A DNA stretch of 64,000 bases from Spirochaetia bacterium (lineage in GTDB: Bacteria; Spirochaetota; Spirochaetia; SZUA-6; Bin103), in the NCBI GenBank assembly GCA_965208575.1, contig CBDBOV010000004.1, positions 288,001-352,000 of the forward strand, written 5' to 3'. The notes under the pieces were generated by a model. The model had not been told where the DNA came from. It saw nothing but the letters and a program-made list of their open reading frames with translations, and did not search any database. Positions 37,192-46,607 of this stretch are shown here, one piece after another; position 1 is the stretch's first letter, and every line of letters begins with the position of its first letter. The position numbers were made by a program, and so were the translations under genes.

Positions 37192-38019
37192 TCAGGCCGG
37201 GTTGGCTTCGGATTCCGGGAAAAGAGAGGTGGTCCAGGTGCCGGGGTTGGCGGGCTCCTGGAACAGGATCTGTTGGCGCTCGGTGAGCGGCACCGAGGCG
37301 GGCGGGAGCACGCGGCGTGACGACCAGGCGAGGTGCGACTGGCAGTACTTGTAGAGCAGCGTGCGGCGCTGGTGGGGACCCTTCCACGGCGCCGTGCCAT
37401 GCGTCAACGCCTCCGAGAACATCACTACCGATCCCGCGGGCGCCTCCGGAATCACGGCGCCGGGCACAAGGGAGCCGCCCTCCATCATCTCCCAGCGTCC
37501 CTGGTTTACCGTCGGGATAGGGTCCGGGCGCACGAAGTTGCTCTTGTGGCTGCCCGGCACGCAGCAGAAGCCGCCGTGGGCCGGGCCGGTGTCCACCAGG
37601 TTCCACGACACCACGGTGAATGCATTGTGAATCCTGCCATTGCGCACGTGGTAGTACTCCGCCGGCGAGTAGGGTGCGTTGCCGCCGTGCAACTGGTGGG
37701 CGCCCATCCCGGCCTCCATGTTGATGCCGTACAGGCGGTCGAGGCGGAACCAGTCGCCGAGCGTGAGCTGCAGCAGCGGCATGATCCGCGGATGGTCGAG
37801 CAGGTCGCAGAACGGCTTGCCCCACTCCAGGAATCCCGGACACTCCGGCGCTCCCCCGGCCGCCGAGCCGAAGCGGATCTTCTCGCTCGGCGCCGGCAGC
37901 CCCTGGGCGTCGATGAGCCGGTTCAGTTCATCAATCTCGGCCCGGCTCAGGACGTCCGGAATCACCAGGTATCCCGCCAGGTCGAACAGGTAGCGCCGCA
38001 TCTCCAGGTCGTGATCCAT
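37192..38019 (-). CDS. Phytanoyl-CoA dioxygenase (PhyH) family protein, HxG variant
   Basis: YLFDLAGYLV, LLDHP, LHGG, GGFCCVPGSHK, AGSVVMFSEALTHG, RRTL. Confidence 0.88.
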   Translation of the reverse strand: MDHDLEMRRYLFDLAGYLVIPDVLSRAEIDELNRLIDAQGLPAPSEKIRFGSAAGGAPECPGFLEWGKPFCDLLDHPRIMPLLQLTLGDWFRLDRLYGINMEAGMGAHQLHGGNAPYSPAEYYHVRNGRIHNAFTVVSWNLVDTGPAHGGFCCVPGSHKSNFVRPDPIPTVNQGRWEMMEGGSLVPGAVIPEAPAGSVVMFSEALTHGTAPWKGPHQRRTLLYKYCQSHLAWSSRRVLPPASVPLTERQQILFQEPANPGTWTTSLFPESEANPA

Positions 38020-38083
38020 CTCGGCCACTATGCGGACTGATCGAACCGCCGTCAATTCGCCACGGAGAAACGGCCCGCTCAGC

Positions 38084-39595
38084 TCAGGCGCGGTTGCCGC
38101 CCGCGAGCCGGAAGGCGTGCTCCTCGGCGCGCATGGTGGCCTCTCCGTTGCCGTCGCCGGCGCGGAGCTGATCCACGCTGCGCACGTCCAGGCGGGCTGC
38201 GCCTTCCCACTCGCGGGTGGGCAGCCGGTCAGAACCGCTCAGCCGTGCCTCGGCGGCGGCGATCGCCTCCCCGTACTGCGGCAGCCACTGCCGCTGCGCC
38301 AGCAGCATGTCGTCCACGAGTTGCCACACCTCCGGCGGCGAGGCCACGGCGCCAACCAGCGGGTCGAGCAGCATCGCCTGGCGCAGCAGGGCGTCGTCGC
38401 CGGTGACCGCGGCCTGCACGGCCAGCCGCTGCACCGAAATGCTGGCGTTGCACACGGCCGCACAGCCGAGCGGCAGGTCGCCGACCAGCGGGATGTTCAT
38501 GCCGTTGCCGTCCACGTAGCCCGGCACCTCGACCACGGCATCGTCGGGCAGGTTGGCGATGGCGCCGTTGTTCTTGACGTTGAAGTGGCCGCGGTAGGTG
38601 CGCCCGGTCTCCAGACCCTCGACGATGTAGGAGCCGTGCTCAGAGGAACGCTCGGTGGGCGTGAACTGCATCGGCGGCTCCGCCATCCAGCGCGGGAAGT
38701 CCTCCTCGAACCAGTTGCGCTTCTCGGTGCACACCCGCAGGTAGCCGCCGGTCTCGCCGTGGATCCAGGTATCGAGGCTGATCCAGTCGCGGATCTCGCC
38801 CGGCCGCTTGCGGTACCAGGGGACGTACTCGCTCAGGTGGCCGTTGGACTCGGTGGAGTAGTAGCCGAAGCGGCGCAGCATGTCGATGCGCACCTTCTCC
38901 GTCTCGCGGTACTTCGGATGGCGCTCGTAGGCGGCCAGCAACTCGCCGGTCATGTCCTTGCCGTGGTGGCGGAGCTGCACGTACCAGGTCTGGTGGTTGA
39001 TGCCGGCGGCGATGATGTCCAGCTCCTGCCGCGGCACGCCGAGCACCTCGGCGATCTGCCGGTGGCCGCCCTGCACGCCGTGGCACAGGCCGATGGTCTC
39101 CACGCCGCCGTGGTCGTTGGCGGCCCAGGTGAGCATCGCCATCGGGTTGGCGTAGTTGAACAGCCGGCAGCCGGGTTCCGCCACCTCGCGGATGTCCCGG
39201 CAGATGCCCAGGATCACCGGAATGCCGCGCTGGCCGTACATCACGCCGCCGGCCGACAGCGTATCGCCGACGCACTGGTCGATGCCGTAGCGCAGCGGCA
39301 CGTCGATGTCGGTCGCGAACGCCTCGATGCCCCCTACCCGCACCGTGCAGAATACGTAGCGAGCGCCCGCTATGGCTTCACGACGATCCGTGGTCGCCGT
39401 AAGCTTGACCTTGTCGAGACCGTTGGCGCGGATGTCCCGCTCCGCCAACTGGTGGATCATGTTCAGGTTCTGCTCGCTGATGTCGGACAATGCCACTTCG
39501 AGCGAGTCGAACTCCGGGACGGTAAGAAGATCGCCGAGCAGCTTGCGGGTGAACCCGATGCTGCCGGCGCCGATGAACGCTATCTTGAACGACAT
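38084..39595 (-). CDS. melA: GH4 NAD-dependent alpha-galactosidase/alpha-glucosidase
   Basis: IGAGSIGF, QCVGDT, NYANP, GLCHG, GINH, TESNGHLSEY. Confidence 0.85.
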   Translation of the reverse strand: MSFKIAFIGAGSIGFTRKLLGDLLTVPEFDSLEVALSDISEQNLNMIHQLAERDIRANGLDKVKLTATTDRREAIAGARYVFCTVRVGGIEAFATDIDVPLRYGIDQCVGDTLSAGGVMYGQRGIPVILGICRDIREVAEPGCRLFNYANPMAMLTWAANDHGGVETIGLCHGVQGGHRQIAEVLGVPRQELDIIAAGINHQTWYVQLRHHGKDMTGELLAAYERHPKYRETEKVRIDMLRRFGYYSTESNGHLSEYVPWYRKRPGEIRDWISLDTWIHGETGGYLRVCTEKRNWFEEDFPRWMAEPPMQFTPTERSSEHGSYIVEGLETGRTYRGHFNVKNNGAIANLPDDAVVEVPGYVDGNGMNIPLVGDLPLGCAAVCNASISVQRLAVQAAVTGDDALLRQAMLLDPLVGAVASPPEVWQLVDDMLLAQRQWLPQYGEAIAAAEARLSGSDRLPTREWEGAARLDVRSVDQLRAGDGNGEATMRAEEHAFRLAGGNRA

Positions 39596-39689
39596 GCTGT
39601 GCTCCCGCCCGTACCGTAGGTGATCACCGCCGTCCGGGACAAGACGGTTCGAGACCACGTCGCCCTCGGTCGGGCGCCTCGGCACCGGT

Positions 39690-40070
39690 TCAGGGCGTGC
39701 TCCAGAATGCCTCCCGGTAGCGGTCGCGCAGATGCCTGTCGCGCGTACACAGGGGAGCGGCGAAGGCGATTGCGTGTGAGACGATCAGGCGGTCGAACGG
39801 ATCGCGTGTCCAACTGAGGTGGTCGGCGATCTCGGCACAACGCAGCCAGCCGGACTCCTCCACCTGCAGGTCCAGGTCGCGGTGCAGAGCGCTCAGGAAC
39901 GCTTCCGCCGGCAGCGTGACGCGCCCAATCTCGGCGAGCATCGACAACTCGAGGCGCACTATCGGAGATACGAACAGTTCGGCTTCATCGATCCGTTTCC
40001 TCACCGAGGCAGGAATCCGGTCCGCCTCGGCAAACAGCCACACCACGACGTGCGTATCGAGAAATATCAC
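39690..40070 (-). CDS. vapC: Type II TA toxin, PIN domain
   Basis: FLDTHVVVW, SPIVRLE, RDPFDRLI, LCTRD. Confidence 0.88.
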   Translation of the reverse strand: MIFLDTHVVVWLFAEADRIPASVRKRIDEAELFVSPIVRLELSMLAEIGRVTLPAEAFLSALHRDLDLQVEESGWLRCAEIADHLSWTRDPFDRLIVSHAIAFAAPLCTRDRHLRDRYREAFWSTP

Positions 40071-40080
40071 GCCGCTGACC

Positions 40081-40323
40081 CTACTCGCCGGGTTGCCATT
40101 CCGCGGGCGAGAAGCGGTCGAGCGAATCTCCGTCCACGACCACACCGGGGCGCCGCGGCAGATCGGCAACGCTCGCTCGCCGCTGCAGTGCGGCAATGCG
40201 CACCGTTCGCCCTTTTCGCGGCACTTCTATTGCAGTTCCGTTCTCCACGCATCGATCGAGAAGGCGGAACAGGTCCTTGCGCAGGTCGCTTGCCCTGACG
40301 GTAATCACGTTATTCGATGACAT
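40081..40323 (-). CDS. Type II TA antitoxin, Phd/YefM family
   Basis: ASDLRKDLFRLLD..ENG..IEV.RKG; directly upstream of vapC; start 40323 or GTG 40308. Confidence 0.8.
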   Translation of the reverse strand: MSSNNVITVRASDLRKDLFRLLDRCVENGTAIEVPRKGRTVRIAALQRRASVADLPRRPGVVVDGDSLDRFSPAEWQPGE

Positions 40324-40349
40324 GTACATGTTCCGGCAATACCTGTACA
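40320..40349. promoter_or_regulatory. Paired TGTACA palindromes, candidate TA operator
   Basis: ACATGTACATGT (40320-40331) and TGTACA (40344-40349), cores 21 bp apart. Confidence 0.6.
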
Positions 40350-40387
40350 ATATCGCGTCGGAGGCGGTCAAGCGCGCCGCGAGCGCT

Positions 40388-41215
40388 TCAGGCGGCGGCG
40401 CGGCGGGCGGCGTCGAGGTTGGCGAAGCAGCGGCGCGCCACCAGCCAGGGGTCGTAGCCGGCGCGGCGCCAGATCTGGCCGCTCACCTCGGCCGTAATCG
40501 GCACGTCCAGGCCGGCGGCGCGTACGGCGCGCAGGTAGGCCGTCAGGTCCAGCCGGCCGTCTCCGGGCAGGGCGAACCGTACCTCGCCGTCCACCATGCG
40601 GCCATCCTTGATGTGGACATGTACCGCATGGCGGGCGGTGAGCTCGAGGGAGTGCGCCAGGTCGATGCCCTGCACCAGGAAGTGGCTGTAGTCGAAGTTC
40701 AGGCGCACGTGCGGATGGCCCGCGGCTTGCATCAGCCAGTTCGCCTTCTCCGGGGTGTCCAGTTCCTGACCGATGTGCGGCTCGATCGCCAGGGTGCAGT
40801 TCTCCCCCGCCGCCAGTTCGCCGTAGCCGCGCAGGCGGCGGGCGACGGCATCCTTCGATTCCTCCCAGGAACCGGCTTGCGGGCCAAGGGTGGTGGTGAC
40901 CACCGACGGGCGGTCCCACCACGACAACTCGCGCGCCAGGCGGCAGGTCTGCCGGAGTTGTTCCGACTTCGCCGCCGGCTGCTCGGAGGCCGCGCACAGT
41001 CCGACCAGGTTCATTACCGGCGGCGGCGGAAAGCCCGCACCCCGCAACGCATCGCGCAGCCGTGACCGCTGCCCGGATCGAAAGCGCTCGGGCGCGGTCG
41101 GCCACGCCGCACCGCAGTTGATCTCCAGTGCGTCGTAGCCGATCTCGCTGACGCGCGCCACCGCTTCGAACGGGTCGACTCCCTGCAGGGCGTAGGTGCT
41201 GTAAGCGATCTGCAT
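40388..41215 (-). CDS. Sugar phosphate isomerase/epimerase (TIM barrel)
   Basis: GYDALE, AIEPH, NFDYSH, HVHIKD, PGDG, TAEVS. Confidence 0.88.
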   Translation of the reverse strand: MQIAYSTYALQGVDPFEAVARVSEIGYDALEINCGAAWPTAPERFRSGQRSRLRDALRGAGFPPPPVMNLVGLCAASEQPAAKSEQLRQTCRLARELSWWDRPSVVTTTLGPQAGSWEESKDAVARRLRGYGELAAGENCTLAIEPHIGQELDTPEKANWLMQAAGHPHVRLNFDYSHFLVQGIDLAHSLELTARHAVHVHIKDGRMVDGEVRFALPGDGRLDLTAYLRAVRAAGLDVPITAEVSGQIWRRAGYDPWLVARRCFANLDAARRAAA

Positions 41216-41365
41216 GCGCCGACGCTACCAGACCGTCGCGCGCGGTACCACCTCCCTACCCGGCCACCGCGACCGCTCCGGCGCGTGCGCTGGTTGGCAG
41301 CCGGCGGCGGAACCCGGCGTGGCACCGTCGCACCGCTCGAATGCGGCGGTGTTGGCCACGGGCTG

Positions 41366-42733
41366 CTATGGAAGCCAACTCGGCCGGCGGCCGGCAATCG
41401 GCGGCGCCGCTGCGCTGCCGGTCTCGGTGTCCCAGATCACGATCTCGGACGGGGCGCCGGCATCATCCAGTGCGATCCGGTGAAATGCCAGGTAACGGCC
41501 GTCCGCGCTCCATTGTGCGGCACCGTGGTCGAACGACGGATCGTCGGTGAGTTGCCGGGCGGGCCCGCTTTGCTCGACCAGCCACACCTGCCCGCCTCCG
41601 CGCGCTCCCGGCGGGCGGCGCAGCACCGTTACCCGCTGGCCGTCCGGCGCCCAGCGCAGCGCCCACTCCTCGTAGTCGCTGTTGGTGGCGTCGAGGTTCA
41701 GTGTCGCGATGTCGAGGATCACCAGCCGGGTGCGAAAGTCGGTGTCGTCCATGTCCGCGTCGGTAACCAGCAGCTTGCTGGAGGTGCGGTTCCAGACCGG
41801 CGGCTCGCCGGTGCGGCTGGGGACGAACGCGGTGGCGCCATCGCTCAGACGCACCAGTCGCACGCCGTTCTCCAGCGGCGCCACCCACGCCAGCCATTCG
41901 CCGTTCGGCGCCCAGCGTGGTTCGAAGCCGACGAAGCTGGCATCGTCCAGCACCGGCCGGGTTGCGCCGCCGGACGGATCCAGCAGATATACGCGCGGCG
42001 GCCCGGGCAGCGTGCGCCGCGCGAACGCGATGCGGCCTCCGCCCGGCGCCCAGCGCGGCCCGAAGCAGTCGTCGCTGCCGCAGTCGAGCAGCAGCCTCCC
42101 CGCGCTGCCGTCGCGCGCGACGGCGAACAGGTCATTGCCGTGCTGATCGCGCGGCGACGAATAGGCGATGGCCGATCCATCACCGGCCACGTGGAAGTCC
42201 CACACACCGCCCGGTTGTTCGGTAAGCTGGTGCTCGGCCCCCTGCGAGCTACCTTGCAGGTCAGCGGCGAACAACTGGTCCTGCCCGTCGCGGCCGCTGC
42301 GCAGATAGGCGATGCGCGGCATGTCGGTGGTGAACTGCCAACTCAGTGGACGCAGCAGGCGCCGGCCCTGCGTGCTGGCGATGCCGGCGTCGACGTGCAC
42401 CGTGTAGGTGACGCCCGGTTGCAGTGGCTGCAGGGGCCGCAGCGTCACCGTCCGCGCGGACCAGACCAGTTCGGCCGCGGTCTCCGGAACCAGCCGTACG
42501 GGAACGGTGGCGGCTCTGACCGGCGGCGACACCGGCTGATCGAATACCACGCGCGGCCGGATCAGCGTGGACGCCGGGGCCATTCCCTCCTCCGGCCACG
42601 TGTCGACAACCCGCACGCCGACGCGGTCGCCGATCAGCGCAAGCCCGGCAACGCCCATCGCCAGCACGGCGGCAACGGCCCATACCAGGCGGTCGAAGCG
42701 GGTAACTCGGGGCGCGGCCGGATCAGCCGGCAT
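41366..42733 (-). CDS. Membrane-anchored Ig-like (Big_5) plus PD40/TolB-like beta-propeller protein
   Basis: N-terminal TM helix, VVFDQPV..PLQPGVTYTV..WQFTT Ig domain, repeated P.WAP.G..IAF blades. Confidence 0.8.
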   Translation of the reverse strand: MPADPAAPRVTRFDRLVWAVAAVLAMGVAGLALIGDRVGVRVVDTWPEEGMAPASTLIRPRVVFDQPVSPPVRAATVPVRLVPETAAELVWSARTVTLRPLQPLQPGVTYTVHVDAGIASTQGRRLLRPLSWQFTTDMPRIAYLRSGRDGQDQLFAADLQGSSQGAEHQLTEQPGGVWDFHVAGDGSAIAYSSPRDQHGNDLFAVARDGSAGRLLLDCGSDDCFGPRWAPGGGRIAFARRTLPGPPRVYLLDPSGGATRPVLDDASFVGFEPRWAPNGEWLAWVAPLENGVRLVRLSDGATAFVPSRTGEPPVWNRTSSKLLVTDADMDDTDFRTRLVILDIATLNLDATNSDYEEWALRWAPDGQRVTVLRRPPGARGGGQVWLVEQSGPARQLTDDPSFDHGAAQWSADGRYLAFHRIALDDAGAPSEIVIWDTETGSAAAPPIAGRRPSWLP

Positions 42734-42818
42734 CGCGGTTCCGTGCTGCCGGCGGCGTGGTGGTCATTCGGTCCGACACGACGTGCCGCGAGTGCGGCCG
42801 AGGTTCCGCCACGGGCTG

Positions 42819-43577
42819 TTAGTAGTACAGATAGGGCTGCGGCGGTTGGTCGGCGGCGGTTACTTCCGCGCCGACCAGCACCGGCATGCGCTCGCCGAGG
42901 AACGATTCCACCGAGAATGCCCCGTCCACCCACACCCACGCGTCATCTTCCAGAAACTCGGCATCCGGCCAGCGCACCGCCAGGCCGATCGGCGCCGCGT
43001 CCGCCGCACAGCAACTGAGCAGAAATCGGCTCACCATGAACGTGCCGGCCGGGAACCGCTCGTCGCGATACACGAAGCCGCGTACACGCGCCGACTCGCC
43101 CGCGAACCGGCTCAGGTCACCGCCGCCGGTGCTCTCCTGGTCGAACAGCACCAACCAGTCCAGGACCGTTCGCCGGGCACCGGAGGCGCCCACCTCCAGT
43201 GCGGACTCCGTCCCCAGGCCTGCCGCCGCCGGTACCGACCCGATCTGCAAAGCGCGCGTGGCCATGGCGTCGGTGCCCAGCGGCCGCGGTGGCACGAGTG
43301 CCAGCAGGACCGGTACGATGAGCAGAGCGGCGCCCATCCACGGCATCGCAACGCGCTCTCCGGCCCCGCCGCGGGCGCTTGTCCGCGCCGTCGCCAGCAG
43401 CGCCCCGGCAAGCAGAACGAGGCAGACCATGGCGACCGCGGTCAGCCAGCCGTAGCGCAGATTGATGAAGTAGCCCAGCGAGCCGTCCAGATAGCGCGCC
43501 GCCAGCACCACCGCCAGGGCCAGTACCACCGCCGTGCGCAGGGCCGCCGCGACACGGCGGCCAACCATCGTGGGCAT
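42819..43577 (-). CDS. TIGR03943/YcgQ-like putative permease subunit
   Basis: N-terminal TMs, G...YFIN.RY, GFVY, SRFLLSCCAADA, W..V.G, P.QPYLY; start overlaps the upstream stop. Confidence 0.82.
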   Translation of the reverse strand: MPTMVGRRVAAALRTAVVLALAVVLAARYLDGSLGYFINLRYGWLTAVAMVCLVLLAGALLATARTSARGGAGERVAMPWMGAALLIVPVLLALVPPRPLGTDAMATRALQIGSVPAAAGLGTESALEVGASGARRTVLDWLVLFDQESTGGGDLSRFAGESARVRGFVYRDERFPAGTFMVSRFLLSCCAADAAPIGLAVRWPDAEFLEDDAWVWVDGAFSVESFLGERMPVLVGAEVTAADQPPQPYLYY

Positions 43578-44689
43578 CAGAACCCCACCTGTGTGGCGAG
43601 CAACAGGCACGCCACCAGGGTCGTGCCGAGCGGGAGGACGATCAGGTATGCGACCGCGCGGGGACGGAACACGCTCCCGAACATCAGCGAACTCTTGATG
43701 TCCACCATCGGACCGAATACCAGGAAGGCCAGGATCGACGCCGGCGTGAAGGTGCCGACGAACGACAACGCGACGAATGCGTCGACCGTCGAGCACACCG
43801 AGATCACGTAGGCGAGCACGCTGAGCGCCAGCACCGAACTCACCGGCGCGTTGCCGATCGCCAGGATCGCCTCGCGCGGCACCAGCGCCTGCAGTGCGGC
43901 CGCAAGCAGGGAGCCGATCACCAGGTAGCGACCGACGTCGAACAGGTCATCGGCAGCCGCCCCCAAGGCGCCGCGAATACGAGCCGGCAGCCGCTCGCTG
44001 CCGGCATCGTCGTGGTGATGGTGGTCGTGGTGGTGATGGTGATGATGGTGGTGGTGGCCATCGCCGGCGGGTTGGTCGCGCAATACCTCTCCGGGGCGGG
44101 CCGCCCCGAACAGAAGGGCGATCACGGCGGCAATGGCGAAGCTCAGGCTGAAGCGCGCCGCGAGCATCCTGCCGGCGCCGAAGGCGGTCAGGGTGCTCGC
44201 GAACACGATCGGATTCACCACCGGGGCCGCAAGCAGGAACGCCACCCCGACGCGCAGGGGCAGCCCCTTGGCCAGCAGGCGGCGCACCACCACCACGATG
44301 CCGCACTCGCACACCGGCAGCACGATGCCCAGTCCCGCGCCGGCCAGCACGGCGAGCAGCGGATGGCGGGGAATCCAGCGCGCCAGCGACTCCGGGCGCA
44401 CGAATACCTCAACGAACCCGGACGCCAGCGTGCCGAGCAGCAGGAACGGCAGCGCTTCGATGAAGATGCCGAGAAAGATGGTGGTGAAGGTGTGCAACCT
44501 GTCGGGCACCGATACCGGCGCGGTGAAGGCGGCGTCGATGGACGACTGGGTGCGTGCGACTGCCCAGGCCAGCACCAGCGCCAGCACCACCAGTATCACG
44601 GCTCCTGCGATCAACGGCATGCGGCGGCGCCGAGCCCGGTTTCCGCCGCCGGCGTGGGCCATCTCCGCGACAGGGTACTGCGCTGACAT
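43577..44689 (-). CDS. DUF318/YcgR-like permease with poly-His loop
   Basis: [36 protein letters not shown]; H10-D-H4 loop. Confidence 0.88.
   Translation of the reverse strand: MSAQYPVAEMAHAGGGNRARRRRMPLIAGAVILVVLALVLAWAVARTQSSIDAAFTAPVSVPDRLHTFTTIFLGIFIEALPFLLLGTLASGFVEVFVRPESLARWIPRHPLLAVLAGAGLGIVLPVCECGIVVVVRRLLAKGLPLRVGVAFLLAAPVVNPIVFASTLTAFGAGRMLAARFSLSFAIAAVIALLFGAARPGEVLRDQPAGDGHHHHHHHHHHDHHHHDDAGSERLPARIRGALGAAADDLFDVGRYLVIGSLLAAALQALVPREAILAIGNAPVSSVLALSVLAYVISVCSTVDAFVALSFVGTFTPASILAFLVFGPMVDIKSSLMFGSVFRPRAVAYLIVLPLGTTLVACLLLATQVGF
44012..44056 (-). repeat. CAY trinucleotide tract encoding H10-D-H4
   Basis: Mixed CAC/CAT codons, 14 His in 15 residues. Confidence 0.9.
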
Positions 44690-44696
44690 CGCACAC

Positions 44697-44702
44697 ATTA
44701 TA
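44697..44702 (-). promoter_or_regulatory. Consensus -10 (TATAAT) of a leaderless promoter
   Basis: TATAAT-N7-ATG at the permease start. Confidence 0.6.
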
Positions 44703-44791
44703 ACGCCGCCTGTACTTCGCAGCAGAGATGTCGCACGGTGGGCGGCGAACCCAAGGGCTGATGCGGGCCGGTCTCGGGTTCACGGTTTCGC

Positions 44792-44820
44792 TTGACCCCC
44801 GGGTGGGGGGGCGGTAGGTT
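44792..44820 (+). promoter_or_regulatory. Sigma70-type promoter of ferritin
   Basis: TTGACC-N17-TAGGTT, then a GGGGGA RBS-like element and ATG. Confidence 0.6.
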
Positions 44821-44841
44821 TGCCGATCCAGGGGGAACACC

Positions 44842-45357
44842 ATGATTTCCGACAACATCAACAAGGCGCTGAACGAGCAGATCACCAACGAATTCAATTC
44901 GGCGCACAGCTACCTCGCAATGTCGGCACACTTCGCGGCGCGCAACCTGAACGGCTTCGCGCACTGGTTTCGCGTGCAGTACGACGAAGAACGCACCCAC
45001 GCACTGCGTATATTCGACCACATCCTCGACCGTGGTGGCACGATCTCGCTGTCGGTGGCGTCCGAGCCGCAGGCTTCGTGGGATTCGCCCACCGAGGCAT
45101 TCGCCGCGGCGCTGGCGGAGGAGCGGCGCATCGCCAGGTCGATCGACGAGTTGATGGAACTCGCGAACGGCGAAAAGGATCACGCGACGCGCATCCTGCT
45201 GGACTGGTTCGTGACCGAGCAGGTGGAGGAGGAACGCACCACCAGCGAGATCGTCGACCAGTTGCGCATGGTGGGCGATTCGGAGATCGGCCTGTTCATG
45301 ATGGACGAGCGGCTGAAGAACCGCACGTCCGACGAAGCCGCCGGCGACGAGGATTGA
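44842..45357 (+). CDS. ftnA: Bacterial non-heme ferritin
   Basis: LNEQI..E, YLAMS, EERTHA, D.AT...L.WFV.EQVEEE ferroxidase ligands. Confidence 0.93.
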   Translation: MISDNINKALNEQITNEFNSAHSYLAMSAHFAARNLNGFAHWFRVQYDEERTHALRIFDHILDRGGTISLSVASEPQASWDSPTEAFAAALAEERRIARSIDELMELANGEKDHATRILLDWFVTEQVEEERTTSEIVDQLRMVGDSEIGLFMMDERLKNRTSDEAAGDED

Positions 45358-45397
45358 CCGGGCGCCTCGGGCTGCCGGCGGCCGCGCCGGCAGCGAA

Positions 45398-46582
45398 TCA
45401 GCCGTCGCCGGCGGCCTGCGACAGCCTGACCCGGATGCGTTCGCCGAGGCGATAGCGACACTCGGTCGCCGCGTGTATGGTGAGGTCGCGAAGCCCGGAG
45501 CCTGGATCCATCCGGACGCGAAGCTCGCGATACTCTCCCATGAACCGCACGCCCCGGATCGTACCGGAAACGCCCACCTCGCCGTTGCCGCGCGCGGCGG
45601 CGCGATCGACCGGAGCGACATCGACGCGGTCGATGCGCAGTTGCCACGGACGCACCGAGACGGCGTCGGCCCCGGCGTAGCGGAACGGCGCCGCCGCGGC
45701 AAGCTCGCCGAATGCCGAGGTCCATGTAGCTCCCCGGCGCCACACCGGTACCAGGTTGGCCGCGCCAAGGTAACGAGCGACAAAGGCGCTCGCGGGCGCG
45801 TTGTAGAGCGCTTCGGCTTCGCCGATCTGGGCGATGCGACCGCGATGCAGCAGCGCGATGGCATCGGCAATGGTGAATGCCTCGTCGCGGTCGTGGGTGA
45901 CGAACAGCGCCGTGGCGGCGGTTTCGCTCAGCACCGCCCGCAGTTCGTGCAGCAACTCCCATTTCAACACCGGGTCGAGGTTGTTGAACGGCTCATCGAA
46001 CAACAGCAATGCCGGCTGCGGCGCGAGCGCGCGTCCGATCGCCGCCCGTTGCGCCTGGCCACCCGACACCTCGTGCGGATAACGGTCCCTCACGTCGGCA
46101 ATGTGGACCAGTCCCAGCGTCTGTTCCGCCCTCCTGCGCCGTTCCCGCTCGGGCAACCTGCGCAGACCGAACGCCACGTTCTGCAGGATGGTCAGGTGGG
46201 GCAACAAGGCGGTGTCCTGGAACACCATGCCGACGCCGCGCTCCTCCGGCGGCGCATTGTGGTCAGCGCTGCTGATCAGCGATCCGGCAAGCGATATCGT
46301 GCCCGACGCCGGCTGTTCGAAACCTGCCACCAAGCGCAACAAGGTGGTCTTGCCGCTGCCGCTCTCGCCGAGTAGCGCCAGGACCGCGCCGCGGTTGAGC
46401 TCCAGCGACACCTTGCGCAGCGCGGGTCGCGGATTACCGGCAAAGTACTTGGATACCTCGTTCAGCCGCAGGTGGGGACCGGTTCCCGCTCGCGGCGACT
46501 CACCGAGTGCTGCCGGACCTGGTTCGTGACGGCGCTTGACGGCGTGGCGCCGGCCGTTCGGTTCGGACCTGGAGCTGCGCAT
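45398..46582 (-). CDS. fbpC: Fe3+ ABC transporter ATP-binding protein (start uncertain)
   Basis: GESGSGKT, GMVFQD.AL.PH, VSGGQAQR, LFDEP, VTHD. Confidence 0.85.
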   Translation of the reverse strand: MRSSRSEPNGRRHAVKRRHEPGPAALGESPRAGTGPHLRLNEVSKYFAGNPRPALRKVSLELNRGAVLALLGESGSGKTTLLRLVAGFEQPASGTISLAGSLISSADHNAPPEERGVGMVFQDTALLPHLTILQNVAFGLRRLPERERRRRAEQTLGLVHIADVRDRYPHEVSGGQAQRAAIGRALAPQPALLLFDEPFNNLDPVLKWELLHELRAVLSETAATALFVTHDRDEAFTIADAIALLHRGRIAQIGEAEALYNAPASAFVARYLGAANLVPVWRRGATWTSAFGELAAAAPFRYAGADAVSVRPWQLRIDRVDVAPVDRAAARGNGEVGVSGTIRGVRFMGEYRELRVRMDPGSGLRDLTIHAATECRYRLGERIRVRLSQAAGDG

Positions 46583-46607
46583 CGCCGCCGCGAACCGAGA
46601 ACCGCGC

